From an uncultured Chthonomonas sp. (GTDB taxonomy: Bacteria > Armatimonadota > Chthonomonadetes > Chthonomonadales > CAJBBX01): a stretch of 64,000 bases of DNA. The position numbers were made by a program, and so were the translations under genes. The stretch spans positions 8,490-72,489 of the forward strand of contig CAISJD010000077.1 of the NCBI GenBank assembly GCA_903885605.1, written 5' to 3'. Positions 1 to 8,944 of this stretch are shown here, one piece after another. The notes below the pieces were generated by a model, which was not told the origin of the DNA, made no database searches, and was given only the letters and a program-made list of their open reading frames with translations. Position 1 is the first letter of the stretch; each line of letters begins with the position of its first letter.

Positions 1-1126
1 CGCCACGGGGGCCGGCAGGGGAGGGTGCATCTTCCTTTCCGCCGGCACCTTCGGCATCACCGCGCCCATCAAGCTACGCGGCTACATGGCCATTGAGGGC
101 GCCATGATCGGTGTGACTTATATCGGCAACAGGCCGACCGCGTCCGGCGACATGATGGTCTTCGATGCCGCCGCCAACGAACAGCAGATCTTCCTGCGCA
201 TTGCCCGCATGCACCTCGCAGGGAACCGCAAGTGGGTGCGCCGGGGCTCCTGCATTCGCATCACGGGGGCGGGCATCTACGATCTGGTGATTGAGGATGT
301 CTGGGTCTACGGCGCGGCAGAGGATGGCGTCTATCTGGAGCAGACCTGGGGCGCCAACTTCTGCAACCTCATCAGCGAGTACAACGGCCGTGACGGGCTA
401 CACGTCGAGCGTAACGCCTTTGACTCGGCCGTTGAGGGCCCCAAGATCGTCCAGTCGAAAATGGTGAAGAACGGACGCCACGGCATCTTCCTGGGCCGCT
501 ACGTGAATGACGCCTTGATTGCCACCAGCGAGATGGCAGGCGGCGCCTACTACGCCGGTTACGGCCTTTATGTTGATCGCAGCACGGGCCACCAGGTCAC
601 GGCCTGCCGGTTCGTGAGCCACGAGACCGGCTGCTCCGGCGGCGTGGCTCTGGACGCAGCCTCGCAATGCACGGTCACGGGTAACGTGTTCCGAAGCCTC
701 GCCACCGCGCGTTGTCCTGTGGCGGTGGACATCCTGTCCAGTTCGTCGCGCAACGTGGTGGCATCGAATACGTTCAACCTGGCTACGGGTGATACGCCGA
801 TCATCGATGCGACCGGCCGGAACGTGCTGGCCTCCAACTCAGGTTGGGCTTCGCGTTCAGCCGGCCTGGTGGTCCGCGCGCACGATGCCGGCGATCGGCG
901 CCGGATCACGATTGCCCACCGGCTTGGCCAGCCCAAGCCGGTCGGGTCCGTCGTGGTCTGTACCGTGCAGCCTGCCGATGCCGCTAGTTCCGAGTTGCGT
1001 TGGTACGTGGACGCGGCCGATGCGACCTCCGTGGTGGTCCGGACAACGTCCGACATGGCCGATGGCGTGGAGTACCGGCTGCAGGTGATCATCGAGTATT
1101 CAAACCGAGAAGCCGCCCCTGCGTGA
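1..1126 (+). CDS. Right-handed parallel beta-helix (pectin-lyase fold) repeat protein; 5' end probably outside the window
   Basis: ORF 86..1126. The same frame stays open back to base 2 (ATGAGRGGCIFLSAGTFGITAPIKLRGY-MAIEG), so the listed Met is likely internal. Successive short turns rich in N/G/H (NGRDGLHVERN, KNGRHGIFLGR, GYGLYVDRS, CSGGVALD) are typical of beta-helix repeats. Confidence 0.6.
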   Translation, partial: ATGAGRGGCIFLSAGTFGITAPIKLRGYMAIEGAMIGVTYIGNRPTASGDMMVFDAAANEQQIFLRIARMHLAGNRKWVRRGSCIRITGAGIYDLVIEDVWVYGAAEDGVYLEQTWGANFCNLISEYNGRDGLHVERNAFDSAVEGPKIVQSKMVKNGRHGIFLGRYVNDALIATSEMAGGAYYAGYGLYVDRSTGHQVTACRFVSHETGCSGGVALDAASQCTVTGNVFRSLATARCPVAVDILSSSSRNVVASNTFNLATGDTPIIDATGRNVLASNSGWASRSAGLVVRAHDAGDRRRITIAHRLGQPKPVGSVVVCTVQPADAASSELRWYVDAADATSVVVRTTSDMADGVEYRLQVIIEYSNREAAPA

Positions 1127-1130
1127 ACGA

Positions 1131-1153
1131 GCGCCGGAGGTTGCCTCCGGTGC
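1131..1153 (+). terminator. Stem-loop just after the beta-helix gene stop (possible intrinsic terminator, no U-tract)
   Basis: GCGCCGGAGG-TTG-CCTCCGGTGC. Core stem is 7 bp (CCGGAGG/CCTCCGG), extendable to about 10 bp with one G-T pair. It starts 5 nt after the stop at 1126. No T-run follows, so function is uncertain. Confidence 0.3.
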
Positions 1154-1154
1154 A

Positions 1155-1184
1155 TTGACAGCACTGAGTCTGATGGTCTATAAC
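1155..1184 (+). promoter_or_regulatory. Sigma-70-like promoter candidate for the acsE-metF-metV-fhs cluster
   Basis: TTGACA at 1155-1160, an 18-nt spacer, then TATAAC at 1179-1184, about 60 nt upstream of the acsE ATG (1244). It is the only consensus-like -35/-10 pair in this intergenic gap. Confidence 0.35.
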
Positions 1185-1243
1185 GACACCCAGCGGTCCG
1201 CCCGCATCGCTTCACCACACATCCCCGGGGAGTAAGCCACGCC

Positions 1244-2068
1244 ATGCTCATCGTCGGCGAGCGCATCAACACCAGTCGCAAGGTCAAGTCGGAGCGCGTG
1301 ATCGAGGCTATGGTCGTCAACCGCGATGCGGAGGCGATCCAGAAGCTGGCCAAGTCGCAGCAGGACGCAGGCTCTGCATACATCGATATCAATGCCGGAA
1401 CCCTGACCTCGGGTGAGCCCGAGGCGCTGGAGTGGCTGACCCAGGTCGTGCAGGAAGCGGTCACCGTTCCGATCTGCTTCGACACGCCCAACCCGCAGGC
1501 CCTGGAGCTTGCCCTGGCAGCCTATGATCGGAGCAAGGGGCAGCCCTTCATCAATTCGATCACGGCCGAGACCGACCGCTACTCGACGATCCTGCCCTTC
1601 GTGCTGGAGCAGAAGAGCAAGGTCATCGCGCTGGCCATGGACGACACGGGCATCCAGCCCGACGCCTCCAAGCGGCTGGATGTGGCCCGGAAGCTCGTCA
1701 GCGACCTGGCGGCCGCCGGCGTGCCGCTGGCTGACATCTACGTCGACCCGCTGACGTTTCCGATCGGCTCCGGTGGCGACGTCGCCATCGCCATGATGTC
1801 GGTGCTCGAGGCGATCAAGTCCGAGTTCCCCGGCGTGCAGACCATCGCCGGCCTCAGCAACGTCTCGCACGGCATGCCCGCCCGCAAGTTCCTCAACTCG
1901 GCCATGACGGTCCTCTGCCTCGGCAAGGGGCTGGACGCCGGTATCATCGATCCCAACGACAAGATGCTCATGGCCCTCATCGCCGCCGCCGAGGCGCTGA
2001 TGGGGCGGGACGAGTACTGCGCAGGCTATATTAAGCTCCACCGCAAGGGCTTCTTCGAGGGGCTATAG
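1244..2068 (+). CDS. acsE: Methyltetrahydrofolate:corrinoid methyltransferase (MeTr/AcsE-like, pterin-binding DHPS-like TIM barrel)
   Basis: 274 aa. MLIVGERIN start, IDINAG, FINSI, IYVDPL and GLSNVSHG motifs are colinear with my recollection of Moorella AcsE (MLIIGERIN...LDLNVG...INST...LYIDPL...GLSNVS). Confidence 0.8.
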   Translation: MLIVGERINTSRKVKSERVIEAMVVNRDAEAIQKLAKSQQDAGSAYIDINAGTLTSGEPEALEWLTQVVQEAVTVPICFDTPNPQALELALAAYDRSKGQPFINSITAETDRYSTILPFVLEQKSKVIALAMDDTGIQPDASKRLDVARKLVSDLAAAGVPLADIYVDPLTFPIGSGGDVAIAMMSVLEAIKSEFPGVQTIAGLSNVSHGMPARKFLNSAMTVLCLGKGLDAGIIDPNDKMLMALIAAAEALMGRDEYCAGYIKLHRKGFFEGL

Positions 2069-2069
2069 C

Positions 2070-3026
2070 ATGGCTCAGCTGGGCAGGCTGGAGAGCGTCC
2101 TCCGAGCGGCCCACTTCGCCGTCTGCGGCGAAATGGGCCCGCCTCAGGGCGCCGACAAGGGCGCGATCCTCAAGAAGTGCGGCAACTTCCGCAACGTGGC
2201 CGATGCCGTCAACCTGACCGATAACCAGACCGCCATCGTGCGCATGAGCTCGGTGATGAGCAGCGTCTTCGCCATCGAGGGCGGCATCGAGCCCATCATG
2301 CAGATGACGTGCCGCGACCGCAACCGGCTGGCGCAGCAGTCCGATATCCTGGGCGCCTATGCGGCCGGGGTGCGGAACGTCCTCTGCCTCTCCGGCGACT
2401 ACATGTCCTTCGGCAACCACCCGGACGCCAAGGGCGTTTTCGACCTGGACTCGGTGCAGCTCATCCACACCGTGGCCGAGATGAATGCCGGAAGGTTCCT
2501 GTCGGGCGACGAGATGAAGACGCCTCCGCGCATGTTCATCGGCGGGGCCGCCAACCCGTTCGCGCCGCCCATGGAGCTCCGGGTGATGCGGCTGGCGAAG
2601 AAGATCGCCGCCGGCGCGCACTTCATCCAGACGCAGCCCGTCTTCGACTTCCCGCGGTTCGAGCGCTGGCTCAGCCTGATTCGCGACCAGGGGCTGGACA
2701 AGAAGGTCTTCATCCTGGCCGGCGTCATGCCCGTCCGCTCGGTCAAGGCGCTTCTGCACATGCGCGACAACGTGCCGGGGATGACGGTTGCCGACGAGTA
2801 TATCAAGCGCATGGAGGGCGCCTCCGATCCCAAGGAGGAGGGCGTCGCCATCTGCGTCGAGATGATGAAGCGCCTGGCCCAGACGCCCGGCACCAGCGGC
2901 GTCCACATCATGCCCGTGATGTGGGAGTCGATCACGCCCCGCCTGGTCGAAGAGGCCGGACTGCTGCCCAGGCCCGAACCGCCCGCCGAGACGTCCGACG
3001 CCGCCACCAAGGAAGCCGCCGCATGA
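2070..3026 (+). CDS. metF: Methylenetetrahydrofolate reductase (MetF)
   Basis: 318 aa. Starts 2 nt after the acsE stop. Motifs read as MTHFR family: NLTDNQTAIVRMSS, MTCRDRNR, NVLCLSGD, AANPF, FIQTQPVFD. Confidence 0.85.
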   Translation: MAQLGRLESVLRAAHFAVCGEMGPPQGADKGAILKKCGNFRNVADAVNLTDNQTAIVRMSSVMSSVFAIEGGIEPIMQMTCRDRNRLAQQSDILGAYAAGVRNVLCLSGDYMSFGNHPDAKGVFDLDSVQLIHTVAEMNAGRFLSGDEMKTPPRMFIGGAANPFAPPMELRVMRLAKKIAAGAHFIQTQPVFDFPRFERWLSLIRDQGLDKKVFILAGVMPVRSVKALLHMRDNVPGMTVADEYIKRMEGASDPKEEGVAICVEMMKRLAQTPGTSGVHIMPVMWESITPRLVEEAGLLPRPEPPAETSDAATKEAAA

Positions 3027-3472
3027 GCGCCTTCACAAAGAAGTTCGCCGCCTTCGTCGAGCGCCACCCGACGTTATACAAGACGGTCCTGCTGCTGGAG
3101 AACGCCGTCAAGAAGCCCGCGCTCAACTGCCAATCCTGCGGGCAGTGCGTCCTCAGCTACAACGCGTTCACGTGCCCCATGCGCTGTCCCAAGCAGCTCC
3201 GGAACGGGCCCTGCGGCGGCACCCGCGAGAACGGGCGCTGCGAGGTCTACCCGGAGAAGGACTGCATCTGGTTCCTCATCAACGAGCGGGCCACGAAGCT
3301 GGGGCGCGAGAAGAAGCTGCTGAAGTTCCATAAGCCCGTAGACCGGCGCCTCCAGGGCACCAGCGCCTGGATCAACATGTGGGCCGGTCGCATCGAAGGC
3401 ATGTCGTGGAGCAAAGACCTTGAGGAAAAGGACGTCCAACCCGGTGGGAGCAAGCGTGACACAAAACCCTGA
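3023..3472 (+). CDS. metV: MetV-like Cys-rich small subunit (MTHFR C-terminal-domain protein)
   Basis: ATG at 3023 overlaps the metF stop (ATGA). Cys cluster CQSCGQCVLSYNAFTCPMRCPKQLRNGPCGG...CEVYPEKDCIW is typical of the zinc-ribbon-like MetV partner of acetogen-type MetF. The upstream part of listed ORF 2309..3472 is an out-of-frame overlap with metF and was discounted. Confidence 0.7.
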   Translation: MSAFTKKFAAFVERHPTLYKTVLLLENAVKKPALNCQSCGQCVLSYNAFTCPMRCPKQLRNGPCGGTRENGRCEVYPEKDCIWFLINERATKLGREKKLLKFHKPVDRRLQGTSAWINMWAGRIEGMSWSKDLEEKDVQPGGSKRDTKP

Positions 3473-5153
3473 GGCCCAGGAGCCTCTGACCGACGTAGAT
3501 ATCGCCCAGCGCGCCACGGCACGGCCCATCGTCGATGTGGCCTCCGAACTGGGCCTGGCCGCCGACGAGATCCTGCCGTTCGGCGCCGACAAGGCCAAGG
3601 TGCGCCTTGAGGTGCTGGATCGCCTCGCCGCGGCGCGCAAGCCCGGCAAGCTCATCCTCGTCACCGCCATCACGCCCACGCCTGCCGGTGAGGGCAAGAC
3701 GACCACGGCGGTTGGGCTTGGCGACGCGCTGCGGAGCCTGGGCGTATCGACCTGCATCGCCATCCGCGAGCCGTCGCTGGGGCCATGCTTCGGCGTGAAG
3801 GGCGGCGCGGCCGGGGGAGGCTACGCCCAGGTCATCCCGATGACCGACATTAACCTCCACTTCACGGGCGACTTCCACGCCGTCACAACGGCGCACAACC
3901 TGCTGGCCGCGCTCCTGAACAACCACATGCACCACGGCAACGAGCTGGGGATCGACGGCCGGACCGTCACCTGGCGGCGCGTCATGGACATGAACGACCG
4001 CTCCCTGCGTGACATCGTGACGGGACTGGGCGGCGGCACCAACGGCATGATCCAGGAGACCGGCTTCGACATCACCGCCGCCTCCGAGATCATGGCTCTC
4101 CTCTGCCTGGCCCGCGACCGCGACGACCTCAGGACGCGCTTGGGCCGCACTGTGGTGGCCCTTAACCGCGCCGGCGAAGCCGTGACCGCAGCCGACCTCC
4201 ATGCCGACGGCGCCATGGCCGTGATCCTGAAGGACGCCATCCTGCCGAACATCGTGCAGACGCTGGAGGGCACTCCCGCCTTCGTGCACGGCGGCCCCTT
4301 CGGCAACATCGCCCACGGCTGCAATTCCGTGATCGCCACGAACATGGCGCTGCACCTGGCCGACTACGTCGTCACCGAGGCCGGCTTCGGCAGCGACCTG
4401 GGCGCCGAGAAGTTCTGCGATATCAAGTGCCGCGTGGCCGACCTGAAGCCCGAGGCCGCGGTGGTCGTGGCTACCGTGCGGGCGCTGAAGATGCACGGCG
4501 GCGTGCCGCTGGCTCAGCTCCGTACCGAGAACGTGGAGGCTGTGCAGCGCGGGCTGGACAACCTGGAGAAGCACTGTGAGAACATGCGCCTCTTCGGGCT
4601 GGAGCCCGTGGTCGCCATCAATGCCTTCCCCACGGACACCAGGGCGGAGCAGCAGACGATCGCCGACTGGTGCGCGGGCCATAATATCAAGTTCGCGCTC
4701 TCCGAGGTCTGGGCCAAGGGCGGCGCGGGAGGCGTGGAGCTGGCCAAGCTGGTGATGGCCGCCTGCCAGGCGCCCTCCAGCTTCCATACCGCGTACCCGT
4801 TGCAGATGCCGATCCGCGAGAAGGCGGAGATCGTGGCGCGCACCGTCTACGGCGCAGACGGCGTGGACTTCTCGCCTGCCGCCGCCAGGCAGGTGCGCGA
4901 GATCGAGCGGCTCGGCTTCCGTGAGCTGCCCATCTGCGTCGCGAAGACGCAGAACTCGCTGTCCGACGATGCCTCCCTGCAGAACCGGCCGCGCAACTTC
5001 CGCATCACGGTGCGGGGCGCCAAGGTTTGCGCCGGCTCGGGCATGGTGGTGCTCTACGCGGGCAACATCATGACCATGCCGGGCCTCTCCAAGGTCCCGT
5101 CGGCCAACAAGATCGGGATGCACCCGAACGGCGAGATCTACGGCCTGTTCTAG
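3456..5153 (+). CDS. fhs: Formate--tetrahydrofolate ligase
   Basis: ORF 3420..5153. LTDVDIAQ near the N-terminus, P-loop PTPAGEGKTTT, FDITAASE, GGPFANIAHG-like GGPFGNIAHGCNS. GTG at 3456 preceded by GGTGGGAG is my preferred start; TTG 3420 is also possible. Confidence 0.9.
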   Translation: MTQNPEAQEPLTDVDIAQRATARPIVDVASELGLAADEILPFGADKAKVRLEVLDRLAAARKPGKLILVTAITPTPAGEGKTTTAVGLGDALRSLGVSTCIAIREPSLGPCFGVKGGAAGGGYAQVIPMTDINLHFTGDFHAVTTAHNLLAALLNNHMHHGNELGIDGRTVTWRRVMDMNDRSLRDIVTGLGGGTNGMIQETGFDITAASEIMALLCLARDRDDLRTRLGRTVVALNRAGEAVTAADLHADGAMAVILKDAILPNIVQTLEGTPAFVHGGPFGNIAHGCNSVIATNMALHLADYVVTEAGFGSDLGAEKFCDIKCRVADLKPEAAVVVATVRALKMHGGVPLAQLRTENVEAVQRGLDNLEKHCENMRLFGLEPVVAINAFPTDTRAEQQTIADWCAGHNIKFALSEVWAKGGAGGVELAKLVMAACQAPSSFHTAYPLQMPIREKAEIVARTVYGADGVDFSPAAARQVREIERLGFRELPICVAKTQNSLSDDASLQNRPRNFRITVRGAKVCAGSGMVVLYAGNIMTMPGLSKVPSANKIGMHPNGEIYGLF

Positions 5154-5185
5154 CCGCCGCGTCCAGCGGCTACCGGAGGTTGCCA

Positions 5186-5917
5186 ATGTCGAGGCTGACG
5201 GGTTCATTCGCGGACAGGCAGGGCGGTCCCGGCGGTCGCCCGGCCGCTCCGGCGTTCAGCGCCTCCACCGGGCCGGTGACGGACTGGACGCGGCCGGCGC
5301 CCATCTACGAGTACAAGCTGGTCGGGACCACCAACGCCCTGCTGCATGTGGAGCGGAAGGTGCCCGACCGGCCGGGCCTCGTCCTGGCCATCGGCGACTG
5401 GCTGGCCGACCACCAACTGGAGCTGGAGGAGTGCGTCTACTCGCCCTGTCCCGGCGGCGTAGCCGACGTCGAGGTAGTGGCAGGAGGACCTCGCTCCGAT
5501 GTCCTCCGTGCGCTGCGGGCGGCATCGGGCCCGGACTCGCTCTTCGACGTGGCCCACACCGATGCCAGCGTGCCGGAGAAGCGCCACACGGCTCGCTGCA
5601 CGCTCTACATGCCCGATGGCATCCTGGCCGGCAACGTGCTGTCGCCCGTGGGCGAGGCTGCGTTCCAGCCCGGCGCCATCGAGTATCCCGGCTTGCCCTA
5701 CGCCAACATCAGCCTCCTCACCGTAGAGCGCGTTCCCTATGCCCTGGGCGTGCCGGGCTATCAGGTGGACGTTTTCCTGACGGCCGATGCGTCCGAGGTG
5801 CTCGCCGCCGTGTTGGCCCGGCTTGAGGCGATCCGCGAGCCCATGGGCCAGGCCGACGCATGGACCTTCCGCGTCTGGCCCTGCGCCTGCCCGAGTTGCG
5901 CCTCCGAGCCCGCGTAG
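5186..5917 (+). CDS. Hypothetical protein (243 aa), co-oriented 32 nt downstream of fhs
   Basis: ATG 5186 preceded by GGAGG (5176-5180). Balanced, protein-like composition (IYEYKLVGTTNALLHVERKV..., YPGLPYANISLLTVERVPY...). I recognise no motif. The competing antisense ORF 5204..6019 is Arg/Gly/Ala-rich and looks non-coding. Confidence 0.5.
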   Translation: MSRLTGSFADRQGGPGGRPAAPAFSASTGPVTDWTRPAPIYEYKLVGTTNALLHVERKVPDRPGLVLAIGDWLADHQLELEECVYSPCPGGVADVEVVAGGPRSDVLRALRAASGPDSLFDVAHTDASVPEKRHTARCTLYMPDGILAGNVLSPVGEAAFQPGAIEYPGLPYANISLLTVERVPYALGVPGYQVDVFLTADASEVLAAVLARLEAIREPMGQADAWTFRVWPCACPSCASEPA

Positions 5918-6003
5918 GGCCCGGCTGAGGCAGGAGTTCGCGCTCTGCGTGGCGAAGCACCATACCATGGGGCGGGCTACCTGCCGCCTTCGGAGGCCGA
6001 GCC

Positions 6004-6474
6004 GTGAAGAGCTTTCCAATCAGTCCGGGGTCGGGCGGCGCCGTGGGGATGATCGCCCTGCTGGTCCTCGTGATGGTGGGCCTCGTGGCGCTTATCGCCT
6101 CTTTCGGGTGGTCCGCCAAGCATGCCCGGTTCGAGGTGACCCGCCAGGGGTTGCGGATCGCCGGCGCGGTCTACGGCCGCACCATCGCCATGCAGGACCT
6201 CGATACCGACGGCGCGCGGGCTGTGGACCTCCGCGAGAACCCCGACCTGGCGCTGGTCGTGCGAACCAATGGCGCCGGCATGCCGGGATACGCCGCAGGC
6301 TGGTTCCGGACGCGGTCGCGGCACAAGGCCCTCGCGTTCGTCACCGACCCGGCGCATGTCGCCTGCATACCCACCCGGCTGGGCTACATCCTGCTGCTCA
6401 GCACGCCGGATCCCGCCCAGCTGATCGACGCCTTGCGCGACGCCTCGCGCGAGGAGAACTGGCCGCCGGCCTGA
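6004..6474 (+). CDS. Membrane-anchored protein with bacterial PH-like domain (tentative)
   Basis: GTG start. One clear TM helix (GMIALLVLVMVGLVALIASFGW) followed by a beta-rich ~120-aa domain (FEVTRQGLRIAG...YAAGWFRTRS...AFVT...). Confidence 0.45.
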   Translation: MKSFPISPGSGGAVGMIALLVLVMVGLVALIASFGWSAKHARFEVTRQGLRIAGAVYGRTIAMQDLDTDGARAVDLRENPDLALVVRTNGAGMPGYAAGWFRTRSRHKALAFVTDPAHVACIPTRLGYILLLSTPDPAQLIDALRDASREENWPPA

Positions 6475-6489
6475 CCCAAGGAGTCGCTC

Positions 6490-7428
6490 TTGCCATCGAA
6501 CCGATCCGACCGCCTGGCACGCCTGATGCGGGCGGCTACCGAGAACGGCACCGCCGTTCCGGCGTTCAACGTGCCCTACCTGCCCCTCGTGCGGCCGATC
6601 TGCGAGGCCCTGGAGCGCCACGGCGCGTTCGGCCTGGCTGAAGTCGCGCGGCTTGAGCTCTATAAGTTCGAGGCAGGCTCCCTGGCGGCTGTGGCCGAGG
6701 AGTACGACCGCTGGGCCAACCGGCGCAACGACGCCTTGCACCTGGACCATGTGCCCGTCATCGATGAGGACAACCTGACCGTCGACTATACGGCGCTGAT
6801 CGCGGAGGGTATCGCGCTGGGCTATGACTCGGTGATGGTCGACGGCTCGCGGCTTTCGTTCGAGGGGAATATCGACGCAGCGGCACGGGTCGTCGCCATG
6901 GCCCATCCCGAGGGCGTCCTGGTCGAGGCGGAGCTCGGCGCCGTGCTGGGGCACGAGTCAGGGCCCATGCCGCCCTACGATGAGCTGTTCGCGACGAAGC
7001 GCGGCTTCACGGAGCCCGACCAGGCGCGCAGCTATGTGGAGCAGTCCGGCGTCGACTGGCTTTCGGTCTCGGTGGGCTCGGTGCATGGGGCTATCGCGCC
7101 GTCGACCAAGGGGCAGACCAAGGTGACCGCGCGGCTGGATGTGGAGCGCGTCTCCGAGCTTCGCGCCGCCACGGGCGTTCCGCTGGTGCTGCACGGCGGC
7201 TCCGGGATCGCGGTCGAGTACCTGCGCGCGGCGATCGGCGCGGGCATGGCGAAGGTGAACGTGGCGACGGACATCCGACAACCCTACGAGCGCGCCCTGG
7301 CTGCCGGGGGTTCCGTGGCCGATGGGCAGGCTGCGGCGGCGCACGCGCTGGACCGGCTCCTGACCGACGTGCTACAGCTCGACGGCTCGCTGGCCATGCT
7401 TCAGAGCCTCATCGGAGAGCGATCGTGA
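6490..7428 (+). CDS. Class II fructose/tagatose-bisphosphate aldolase family protein
   Basis: TTG 6490 with AAGGAG 6 nt upstream. VPAFNV, LHLDHV, SVMVDGS, VEAELG, SVGSVHG and LVLHGGSG motifs match the FBA_II (KbaY/GatY/Fba) family layout. Confidence 0.75.
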   Translation: MPSNRSDRLARLMRAATENGTAVPAFNVPYLPLVRPICEALERHGAFGLAEVARLELYKFEAGSLAAVAEEYDRWANRRNDALHLDHVPVIDEDNLTVDYTALIAEGIALGYDSVMVDGSRLSFEGNIDAAARVVAMAHPEGVLVEAELGAVLGHESGPMPPYDELFATKRGFTEPDQARSYVEQSGVDWLSVSVGSVHGAIAPSTKGQTKVTARLDVERVSELRAATGVPLVLHGGSGIAVEYLRAAIGAGMAKVNVATDIRQPYERALAAGGSVADGQAAAAHALDRLLTDVLQLDGSLAMLQSLIGERS

Positions 7429-8942
7429 GCTTCCTGGGCGTCGACGTCGGCACCACGGGCGTCAAGGCCGTCGCCTTCGGCGCGGACGGCGCCCAGATCG
7501 CCTCGGCCTATGAGGAGTACCCGCTCCTCTTCCCGTTCCGAGGCGCCGCCGAGCTCGACAGCGCCCGGGTCATCGCCGCCGCCCGGCGCGTCATCGCCTC
7601 AGCCTCCGCGCAGGCGGCCTCCGACCCGGTGCGGAGCATCGGCATCGCGTCGCAGGGCGAGGCCTTCACTCCGCTGGCGGCCGACGGCTCCGTGCTGGGC
7701 AACGGCATGGTCTCCTCGGACACGCGCGCCGCCGACCTGGTCCCGGCCTTCTCCGAGGCCTTCGGCGCCGAGCGGCTCTACGGCATCACGGGCCATACGC
7801 CGTACCCCATGTACTCGCTCTACAAGCTGCTCTGGCTCCGCGACCACCAGCCAGACGTATGGCGCACGATGTCGCGCATCCTCTTTATGCAGGACCTCGT
7901 GGCACACGCCCTCACCGGCGAGGCGGCCACCGACCCCAGCATGGCCGCGCGGTCGATGCTCTACGACGTGACGGCGGGGGAGTGGTCGCCGGAGGTGCTG
8001 GACGCGCTGGGGCTGGAGGCCGACCGCCTGCCGCGCATCGTCGCGTCCGGCACGCCCTGTGGCGGCGTCACGCCCGAGGCCGCCTCCGAACTGGGGCTTG
8101 CCGCCGGCATCCCCGTCTCATGCTGCGGGCATGACCAGCCTGTGGGCGCCGTGGGCTGCGGGGCCTCGAGGCCCGGCGTTGCGGCCTTCTCCATCGGCAC
8201 CGTGGAGTGCATCTGCCCGGCGCTGGACCGGCTCATCCTGGACCCCCAGCTGATGCGGAGCAACCTGGCGTCGTATCCGCACGTGGTCGGCGGGCTCTGG
8301 ACCACGGTTCTGTTCAGCATCACCGCCGGCAGCGTGCTCCGCTGGCTGCGCGACCAGGTGGCGGTCTCCGAGGCCGCGCAGGCCGCGGCTGACGGCGTCG
8401 ATGCCTACTCGCGCATCATGGAGGCGGCTTCGCCTGAGCCGTCCCGGCTGGTGGTCCTGCCGCACTTCGGTCCTACGGGGACGCCCCACTTCGACCCCGA
8501 CGGCGCCGGGGCGGTCTTCGGCTTGAAGCTCTCCACCACCCGCGCCGAGCTCTTCCGGGGCTTCCTGGAGGGCATCTCCTACGAGATGAAGTGGAACCTC
8601 GACACGCTGGGCGGCGCGGGGCTCAACGTCACCGAGCTGCGCGCCGTGGGCGGCGGCGCCCGGAGCCCCATCTGGATGCAGATCAAGTCCGACATCCTGG
8701 GCGTGCCGCTCTCCACGATGCGGGTCTCCGAAAGCACCTGCCTCGGCGCGGCACGGCTCGCCGGCGTCGGCGCGGGTCTGCTCGACCTCGAAGCCGCCGA
8801 AGCCTGGGCCGTCGTGGGCCGCACCTTCGAGCCCGATCCCAACCGCACCGCCCTTTACGAGGAGCGGTTCGCCATCTATCGTGACCTCTATCAGTCGATG
8901 GGGGGCGCCCGCAAGGCCCTCCGCACCATGAAAGGAGATTGA
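7425..8942 (+). CDS. FGGY-family carbohydrate kinase (xylulokinase-like)
   Basis: GTG overlaps the aldolase stop (GTGA). N-terminal LGVDVGTTGVKA; C-terminal GGGARSPIWMQIKSDILG, typical of FGGY kinases. Confidence 0.85.
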   Translation: MSFLGVDVGTTGVKAVAFGADGAQIASAYEEYPLLFPFRGAAELDSARVIAAARRVIASASAQAASDPVRSIGIASQGEAFTPLAADGSVLGNGMVSSDTRAADLVPAFSEAFGAERLYGITGHTPYPMYSLYKLLWLRDHQPDVWRTMSRILFMQDLVAHALTGEAATDPSMAARSMLYDVTAGEWSPEVLDALGLEADRLPRIVASGTPCGGVTPEAASELGLAAGIPVSCCGHDQPVGAVGCGASRPGVAAFSIGTVECICPALDRLILDPQLMRSNLASYPHVVGGLWTTVLFSITAGSVLRWLRDQVAVSEAAQAAADGVDAYSRIMEAASPEPSRLVVLPHFGPTGTPHFDPDGAGAVFGLKLSTTRAELFRGFLEGISYEMKWNLDTLGGAGLNVTELRAVGGGARSPIWMQIKSDILGVPLSTMRVSESTCLGAARLAGVGAGLLDLEAAEAWAVVGRTFEPDPNRTALYEERFAIYRDLYQSMGGARKALRTMKGD

Positions 8943-8944
8943 AC

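Noticed and set aside
2309-3022. Upstream 238 codons of listed ORF 2309..3472 (387 aa).
   Set aside because: It overlaps metF out of frame, and the translation is an Arg/Pro/Gly-rich shadow. The MetV-like Cys-rich protein starts at the ATG at 3023, which overlaps the metF stop.
3023-3472. The Cys cluster in MetV as a candidate radical-SAM activase for the glycyl radical enzyme.
   Set aside because: The spacing is CxxCxxC...CxxxC within a ~150-aa zinc-ribbon-like protein fused in operon logic to metF. It lacks the CxxxCxxC motif and the ~250-aa TIM-barrel length of PflA-type activases.
3372-5207. 611-aa ORF on the minus strand across the fhs gene. The same type occurs at 9020..11203 (727 aa), 18464..20176 (570 aa), 20792..22534 (580 aa), 28849..30483 (544 aa), 32902..34611 (569 aa), 38812..40362 (516 aa), 60680..61927 (415 aa), 23476..24813 (445 aa), 26794..28095 (433 aa) and 11453..12757 (434 aa).
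   Set aside because: All lie antisense to genes with unmistakable family motifs. Their translations are dominated by R/G/A/P/H/V runs typical of stop-free frames in GC-rich DNA, and none has a recognisable motif or a convincing RBS.
5204-6019. 271-aa minus-strand ORF competing with the 243-aa plus-strand ORF downstream of fhs.
   Set aside because: The translation is low-complexity (R/G/A/L-rich), with no RBS. It would be convergent and overlapping with fhs-cluster transcription. The plus-strand ORF has a GGAGG RBS and balanced composition. This remains a judgement call.
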